Made by a program: the position numbers and the translations under genes. A model generated the notes under the pieces. It ran no database searches, was not told where the DNA came from, and saw nothing but the letters and a program-made list of their open reading frames with translations. Below, in pieces: positions 55,774 to 64,000 of a stretch of 64,000 nucleotides of DNA. The stretch lies in assembly GCA_000320545.1 (NCBI GenBank), contig ADNK01000544.1, positions 124,001 through 188,000 on the forward strand. Reading direction: 5' to 3'. This DNA comes from Bigelowiella natans CCMP2755. Lineage: Eukaryota; Protista; Cercozoa. The first letter of the stretch is position 1, and each line of letters begins with the position of its first letter.

Positions 55774-56254
55774 CAATATTAATGATAACCTTTGCAAGCG
55801 CTAGTTTCCTTCGCAGCGCGTGTATCTTTTCAAATTTGCCTTTTGTGCCTGCAAACGAGTGGTGAAATGAGATAAAGATGAGACGCATTGTGCTACCTTC
55901 TACAAAGAAGAGCTGCTGCTAATAACATCGATCGATCTATCATTCAATCAATAAATCAATCACCACCTGTTGGAAAGCCTGGTCTCAGCCTGCACATGGA
56001 GATGGTAATGACATATCATGGAAGTTAGAATAGTTATTATCATCATTTTGCATTAGTGCGTCTTAGCAATGCAATGTGAGTTGATTAAAGAGGGAAAATC
56101 ATCGGTGGTTGTGAGCGATTCATTAATGTGGCCTTAGTAGTAGATAGTGGGGTGTAAAGAACTTAAAATCAAGATATATCAATACCATTGGCTGATAATC
56201 ATGTTTTGATGTTTGCTTCTCAGGTTACTTCCACTCTCAAGTATTTTTTACAAA

Positions 56255-56295
<41 letters not shown>

Positions 56296-56444
56296 ACACC
56301 TATCCATCGAGAGGAGAGGTACGGTTGCAATTGAATCTAAATACTCTTGCGCAAACCTAGAAATATTAATAATAGATGATTGTCATGTGTGTTGGCAGGA
56401 TATACGTTCAATAGATATATGTAACGTGTACATTAGTGCCATTT

Positions 56445-56490
<46 letters not shown>

Positions 56491-57100
56491 CTCATACAAT
56501 CCTAACTTCGATTAGCTAGGAAGACACGATAGATATGTTAGTGATAGTAATACGTGCAGACGAAAGAGGGGCGAGGGTTAAGGTCGTGCACGAGTCGCCA
56601 CGGCATCGGTCTGTCAAATACATTTCAATAATAAGAAGTTTGGACTTGTGGGGGGGAGGCAGCTGCTGAGGAGGGTACGTTATCCATCCGATAAAAAAAA
56701 GAAATGCTGCTATGTGCCTATTCATGTCTCTATAAAAATTGGAAAATGAGAAAGAAATTCTGGCTATGTTTCCACTATTAATATAGCATAATAATCAACT
56801 CAATTTTGTTTACCTTTTCTTGTTTTGATGGCAGTTGTCGCAGTACAAGGCCCCAGTGTAGCGGCATTTGAACCATTTCGTAAACAAGCCCTTTGGCAGC
56901 TATGATTGATGATAATAATAAAGTGAGTGAATGATGATAATGATGATGATGATGATGATGATGGTGATGATTGGAGGAAACATGCACACTACTACCAGTA
57001 GTACTACTAATACCGCATACGCTAAAAATAAAGGATGCTACTAATGAAAGGAAGATAGCAATTGTACGATCGTCGCTGCTTTGTACATGATGGTGATAAC

Positions 57101-57136
<36 letters not shown>

Positions 57137-57443
57137 ATTTTTCGAGAGGCGGACAGAGCGTGAGAATTTGCTGTTATGGTTGTTGTTATCTACTACTACT
57201 GCTACTGCTATTACTACCTGAGCAGTACACTGCCTGCACTTGCCACCCTGCAAACGATATAATAGCTTCTGCTTGTATCTTACGTATCTGTTGGTGGGTA
57301 CGATAGGTCATCAATCAATGATCAAATTAAATACTACACTATTTAGCGGTTCCTCTACAACTACCATTCATCACCGTCATCATCACCGTCGTCATCATAG
57401 GCATGATCATCACAATCGTAGTGTTATTATTAGTATTCTTAGG

Positions 57444-57474
<31 letters not shown>

Positions 57475-57847
57475 CTGACTGACTCTGGGGCTTCCGTGAT
57501 GAGTGAGATCATATTGCTGGCAGGTCCTCCTAAGTCATATCAACAAACGTTCTATAAATTAACAACCCATAGCAATTGATACGTCGACAACTCAAAAATA
57601 TCGTCTATTTCTTTTTCTTCTTATTCTTGTGTTTCAAAATGCTGATGGTTCATTGATGGTGGGATTGATGGTGCGGTCACACCAAAGTCGTTCGGGTGTG
57701 TCGTGGATGATGACGATGATGCAGAAGGATCTCCCACCACCACAAATCCTCCAGCTTTCCCTAATTGTGCATAAATGATAATGATGATAATGATAGTGAT
57801 GATTATGGTTCATAGATTTCCTAGTATTTATACAAACGGTTACTACG

Positions 57848-57881
<34 letters not shown>

Positions 57882-58463
57882 TTACCATCTTGGTTCGGGT
57901 AGTTCTGGTGCTGCTGTTGTTTGCGTTGCTGGTGCTCAAAATTATGACCGTGGCCTCCTCCTATTTGACTCTTCTTCACGTCCTCGCTATCACCACCAGC
58001 AGCAGCAGATGACGATGCAGTAGTAGCAGTCGTAGTAGTAGGAGCGATATTGCCATCACCATATTGCTCAGTAATAGTGCCATCATCAGCAGCAGGGGTC
58101 CCACCAAAATAGTCGAAGTTGATTCGACCAACAAGAGAAGAAGAGGAAGGAGAGAGCGGAGATGATATCGCCATCTTTGATGATATTGCAGCACTGCCTG
58201 ATGAGGCGAAGCTACCGTTGTGCGGCATCATCATCATCATCATCATCATCATCATTATTGTTATTGGTAGTGGTAGTAGTAGGTAGGAGAAAGCAGAGCA
58301 AACATAATAGACAAGATGATATGAGAAGACAACGATGATCACTCGAATAATATGGGATTATTACATGATACGCTTCGATGTCATGGATGAGTAGTGGTGG
58401 AGATATGGACACGGATGATGATGGCGAGTTTGATCAGGCATGATGAAAATGGGGAATTACGTA

Positions 58464-58494
<31 letters not shown>

Positions 58495-58508
58495 TCCCAC
58501 ACACACAT

Positions 58509-58566
<58 letters not shown>

Positions 58567-58939
58567 TCTTTGTCGCTGCTGGGGGCAGCAGTAAGTAGCA
58601 GTGCTGTCCTCACCCTTTTCCATCGTGATAGTAACTGTACTCAGGATGAGGTGGGGGGGGAGGTGGCAAGTGTGGCGCTGCGGGTTGCAATACTCCTAAT
58701 AAAAATATAACAATTACTTATTAATTAATAGTAGTTGGAAAATTGAATTAATTAACAAACAGATGACACATCAACAACACTATTTAATTTTATCAAAAAA
58801 GTGCTAATACTGTTTGACATCACACACACATACACACACACACACACGCAACCGCATAGTCGTATATATGTAATCATAGTCATAATTATTACCATTATCA
58901 CCATCACCACCTTCACCATCATTATCTTTCTACTGTTCT

Positions 58940-58970
<31 letters not shown>

Positions 58971-59780
58971 CGCATTCTTCCTCTTCTTCTTCTTCCTCCG
59001 ACTGTGAATCATCCCCGAATCGTCTCCCTTCCTCGGCCCTTGTTCCACCACCAACTCCTCCTCCTCCTCTTCTTCTTCTTCTTCGTCGTTTGCCTCCAAA
59101 ACGATTATGTTGTTGGCGTTGTTGTTGTTGTTGTCGTCGTTTGATCTCTCTCTGTTCTACTATGGACGCGGCCACCGGCATCGGTATATATCTGCCGACA
59201 AAAAGGAGGAGGAGGAGGAGGAGGAGGAGGAGGAGGAGTCATAATATCACTCATCATCATATAATATTTTAAAGCATCCTCTTCACATAGCTACTATTGA
59301 CAATTATCATAATCTACATAATCATTGATAATATGCAGTCGTCCCTTATTCAAGCAACAGTAGCAGAGCATCGGCAGCAGGAGGGGAAAGTATCTTACGT
59401 GTCATCATCGTTATCGTCGTCGTCGTCGTCGTCGTAAGCCTTGTGATTTTGTCCAGAGGCACCAGCACCACCGACACCGCTTTCGTCGTCGTCACCACCA
59501 CCACTGCTATCCACTGCGGTAGTAGTGTCATCATTCATCTTCTTTTTGCCCTTGACGGTATGGAAGTTGTTGTCGTCTTCATCGCCACCGGCCAAGAGAT
59601 CCACGTGCCTTTGTTGTTAGAGTTGGGAAAGAGTTGGAACGGAGTAATACGCATAATATATACAAGTAAAGTGTGTGCGTGTGTGTGTGTGCGTGCGTGT
59701 GTGTGTGTGTGTGTGCGTGCGTGTGTGTGCGTGCGTGCGTGTGTGTGTGTGCGTGTGTGTGTGTGCGTGTGTGTGTGTGC

Positions 59781-59824
<44 letters not shown>

Positions 59825-61953
59825 GTGTGTGTGTGTGCGTGTGTGTGCGTGTGTTATTTATTCGAGAAGTATGAAATATTTGTTCTGTGAGAATATCAGG
59901 AGGGTGCTCCTCCTCTTCCTCCCCTCTTCCTCTCCTTCTTCTTCATCATCATCATTGATAGGGAGGAGGTGCTGGAGAACAACCACGGCAGAGAGTGCTT
60001 CCGCTCTTTGCTAGCCGAGCTCAGAATGCCTAAAAGAGAGAGCGAGAGAGAGATATTTATTATCTATATGTGACTACTAGTAATAATAATGATGTTGATG
60101 ATGATGATTGAATGCGTAATGGTCACACACGAACAAAAGAAGAAGAAGAAGAAGAAGAAGAAGAAGAAGAAGAATAATAAGAAAAGATTTATTGACTATC
60201 AATCACGTTATTAGCATTAGTAGTATAAATTTCCTGCCGCTACTCATACAACATCGCCTAATAATGCACTACTTGCATGGGTTCCAACACTCTCACTTGG
60301 ACTCGTATCGCCAGTCTGAACAACAAGAACAACAGCTTTGAATTACTATTCCAAACTCACGACATCATTTAAATAATAAATTTATTCTTCGACAGCAGCC
60401 ATTCTCTCTTATTCACTTATTATTTTATTCAGGCAGGTGGTGCCTTCTCATTTCACCTTCTGTTACGTACTACCTGCTCAATATCATTAACACGCGTTTT
60501 GCCGTCTCCCACTCCTGCTGCTAGTGTCGCTTTATCTGCGATGTTGTGGTCCTGAGCAAAGCTTCTATCTTGTTCCGCCTCTTCCACCCCCTCCTCCTCT
60601 TCCTTCTTGTCGTTATTGCCAGTGGCTTGTTGTCGCCGTAGTTGTCTTCTCCGGTGACGACTATGGATGATGACGAATTGCGATGATACATCCCGTGAAA
60701 TCCAAGGTCTACACCATCATCACCGTTGTCGTCGTTGTGCTGCTGCTGCTGCTGCTGCTGCTTCAACTTTGATTCCTCCTCCTCGGCCCCCTCCCCTTCC
60801 TCTGCTTCATCTTCTCCAACGTTATTTCCTCCCTTTTCACTACTACTACTATTGAAAGTAGCTCTGAGTCTATCCGTCACCCTAGCAGCAGCAGCAGCAG
60901 CGGCAGCATCCGCATCAGCATTGGCAACCTTCCGCCGTCTCCTCATCCTCCTCCTTCTTCTCATAACTTCTTCTTCTCCTTCTTCTTCTTCTTTTTCACG
61001 TGTGAAGCTATTGTTGCTGCTGCTACTACTGCAATCGCCGTCGCCATCGTCGTTGTCATTGTGATCATCATTATCATAACCAACTCTACTGCTAATATTA
61101 TTATGTTGTTGCATTCTGTAGTGAGGATTCCTCCCATCTTCTTCCTCCTTCTCTTCTTTCTGGCTGCTTGAAACCTCCTCCTCCCCCTTCTTATGGTGAT
61201 TTTCCTCCTCATCATTATCCTTCTCATTTTCAGTTATATCATCACAATCACCACCGTCTCGCTTTTCCTCCTTTTTGATTTTGACACCATCATCATCATC
61301 ATCATCGTCGTCGTCATAACCATGAGCTGTGATAGTGTCATTATTTCCGCTGCCGTCGTAAGACTTGGTGACTTTATTATTGCTATTTTCGTCATCTCCA
61401 TCCCCATTGTCGTTGATATCATCATGACTTAGTGGATCTACGTGCTGCTGCTGCTCAATTACCACCTCTTTTTGGTGACCATCTCTCAAGAAATCTATTG
61501 TTGTTTGCATGCTTCCAGTGATGAAGCTACCACCCGCAGCGGCGCCGCCCATCCCCCCCCCTACAAAGCTACCGCAATTTTTCTTCGAGAGCTGAGCTCT
61601 CTTTGCGTGGGCGTATTCCCCTTCATCATCAACCTTCCTCTGCTTCTCCTCCTGGGTAGAAGTAGTAGTAGTAGTAGTAGTAGCTTCCACCGTCAATCCA
61701 TCGATTCCTGCTTCTTCTTCTTCTTCTTCTTCTTCTTCTTCTTCGTGTTCTTTTCTTTCGTCTTCCAATGCCAGTGCGAGACCGCTACTAATAATGCTGT
61801 TGATGGCCGTGTTTGAACATGCTGCTGCTACTCCAGCGCCATCGATGATGGTGATGGGCTTTGGCGATGGAAGCGTCTCGGTCTCTGCAAATAATCAATG
61901 ACCGATTATTAATGACACAGTATTATTCATCAAAGTATCTATCGTAGCTGCTT

Positions 61954-61989
<36 letters not shown>

Positions 61990-63775
61990 TCTAACTGTTA
62001 ATCTAGCTCGTGCTGTTGCTGGGATGATAATTATGGGCTGGGCAGTAGTACATCATACGCTACCATTCAATCTCAACTGAGTGAGTGAGAGACCAACCTG
62101 CTGTATCACCTGCCGCTGCTGCTTTAGAACTATCCAGGTTACTACCCGTGGCACAGCGTGAGCGGTAGCTATATGGAAACTCGCTATCGTCATCATCGTC
62201 GTCGTCGTCTTCTGCAAGTTGTTTCATGACAGACTGAAGCCCTTGGGAGATTTCTAGCCGAATTTCTTCGTCTAATATCCGCTCCTCTTTTGAAAGTCGG
62301 GATTCTTCCTCCCCACGCTTTCCAACGCCCTTTCCATCGTGGTCATCGGCCGCAACCCCCTTATTCAATGGCGAAGCAATGGAAGATGTGGCAGCCTTGC
62401 TCATGCTGTGATCAACAACCTTGTCTTTTGCAGTATTATCGCCATCTTCCTCTTTATTAGGCGAAAGATCCAGCCCTGCTTCATCATCATCATCATCACC
62501 ATCGACAGTGGAAATGCGTTGCGACAGATGATCACCAGTTTCCCCCTCCTGTTGTCCCTTCGCATGTTATGAGAAACCCCAATGAGCAATTGTGTTGTAA
62601 TAGACATGGATCATTCCCAACGACCACCTTCACAACACGACTACGATTTATTTATTCAGTCACTTGATCGCTCAGTGATATGTGTGTGTTGTATGTGAAC
62701 CTCTCCCCCTTCCTCTTTTGAGGCTTCGTCATGAAGTTGTTGCAGCTTATCAGTCTTAGCTGAAAGCTCTTGTTTCAGTCTACACAAATTGACATATCTG
62801 TTCTCATACAGGGCCATGTGGTTATCTTTTCCTTAAATTGTTTTCGCTATTATCTTTTTTATTTCTCCTATTACGACATCATCACGTAAAGAGATACATT
62901 AGTCCCAATCAGCACAGTGTACAACACCTAAGAAGCTCTCGATCCATCCGCGCTTTCTCTTCAGCTCTCGCCTCTTTCTCCTCGTTTTCCTTTGCCCTAA
63001 TTAGTCAAGATTATTATCTCATAATCAGCACATGAAAAGAGGAACCGTAGGCATCAAATTCAGGTCCTTTTTATAGTCATATGATGATGCAGAATCGCCC
63101 TTTCTGTATCACCATTACGCTGCCAAAAGCACTGTTGGAAATCCCTGTGTATGCCTTGAGCATTCCTGCATTCTCCCCTCCCCTCCCCCCCTTTCTGTGT
63201 TTTTATCCCTGTCTTTTCTAGCCTATGTTTAATATTATGTGTGGAGATCTGGCACGCAGCAACACCTTCGTATCCTTTCCGCCCTTCTCCTTTTCATTCT
63301 CTCTAAAGTCTCTGAGTCTATTGTTCTTGCGTTAGACGACGCTTCAGAATCCCCTGAGAGATCTATCAACTTTGCTGTCTTCTTTCGGCCTTTTTTCTTC
63401 TTCTTCTTCTTCTTTTTCTTTTTCATTCCTGCCTTTCTCCCTTTGCCATCGGTCTATGCGTAATTTGTTGTTTGTTTATTGATCAAAAGTCACAGTGATT
63501 TTTTTACTGAACGTTAGTAATAGAAAATTGGCAACCTGGGCCTTCCCCCCTTCGTCTCCTCCCTCCTCTTCCGCTTGCGGGAACTCACAATCTTGATATC
63601 CCTACGCAAAGACAGATTTGTAATGTTTCCTGTTTTTTTCTCTGTGTGAGAGACCTTCCGAACCACTCTATCTCACTTCCTCTGCACGGACATCACTCTA
63701 AAATCAAATGGAGAAGATTCTCAGTTCATTAGATTTAAATACCCAGCTGTCCTTCATAAACCCAAGCGTGGCCAT
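54064..63775 (-). CDS. Large multi-exon protein: acidic low-complexity N-terminus and C-terminal Rubicon-homology (RH/DUF4206, DEF8/PLEKHM1-like) zinc domain; 5' extent uncertain
   Basis: GGKCRQCTAQ, KWFKCRYTGALYCDNCH, EYLDSIATVPLLSM, YSLRDLV, SLEAHVQNC, RGHVCGICKD...VYSFD, VSKCPGCLTIFHKACL|DKKECPRC. Confidence 0.8.
55602..55654. repeat. 12-bp minisatellite (ggatgaaatgat)n, intronic
   Basis: About four tandem copies, the last degenerate. Confidence 0.85.
59671..59853. repeat. Compound (GT)n/(GCGT)n microsatellite, intronic
   Basis: About 180 bp of GT repeats interrupted by GC. Confidence 0.95.
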
Positions 63776-64000
63776 CTTGCCGAAGGCTGCAACCAGCTAA
63801 AAAGCAGCCAGATAGGGGGAGGTAAGTTTTTTCTTGGATTTTATGAAATTGTGTTCCTAGCTTTGTTGTTAAAAAAACCTTAATAATGTCGACAGAATTA
63901 CTGAAAATCACTCTCGAATTCAGAAGGATCTCGAGGCAATATTCGTCATTTTTGTTGATCTTTGTATTTAATAATATTTCTGGTATCACGATATATCTTG

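Noticed and set aside
57041-62607. ORFs with poly-V, poly-I, poly-Y, poly-M, CV or HT runs
   Set aside because: Translations of intronic microsatellites, or antisense/off-frame reads of low-complexity exons.

Overview
Intron-rich eukaryotic (protist) nuclear DNA with many microsatellites. A chlorarachniophyte/rhizarian origin is only a guess from sequence style. The window holds about 16 protein-coding loci: a membrane protein, ubiquilin, a small membrane protein, an MMPL pseudogene, an ankyrin/EF-hand protein, Rab8, a PH plus permuted NlpC/P60 protein, a Q-rich protein, an intronless ART/RES-like ORF, mitochondrial uS5, CFAP210, a triple glycosyltransferase-like protein, a CTFxPxIN-repeat protein, an intronless 2OG-Fe(II) oxygenase-like ORF, a two-TM PAC-like channel and a Rubicon-homology protein. 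From ubiquilin onward these loci alternate strand strictly. The main discovery is a set of islands in which TpA has been almost erased and appears replaced by TpG/CpA on both strands, while CTAG is spared and locally over-represented. Relic ORFs inside the islands lack Tyr and are rich in His/Cys/Met. Seven of the eight islands lie in convergent (tail-to-tail) intergenic gaps. The pattern suggests a RIP-like genome-defence hypermutation acting on adenine (A-to-G in TA context) rather than on cytosine. All counts were made by eye, and gene spans come from manual splicing and are approximate.
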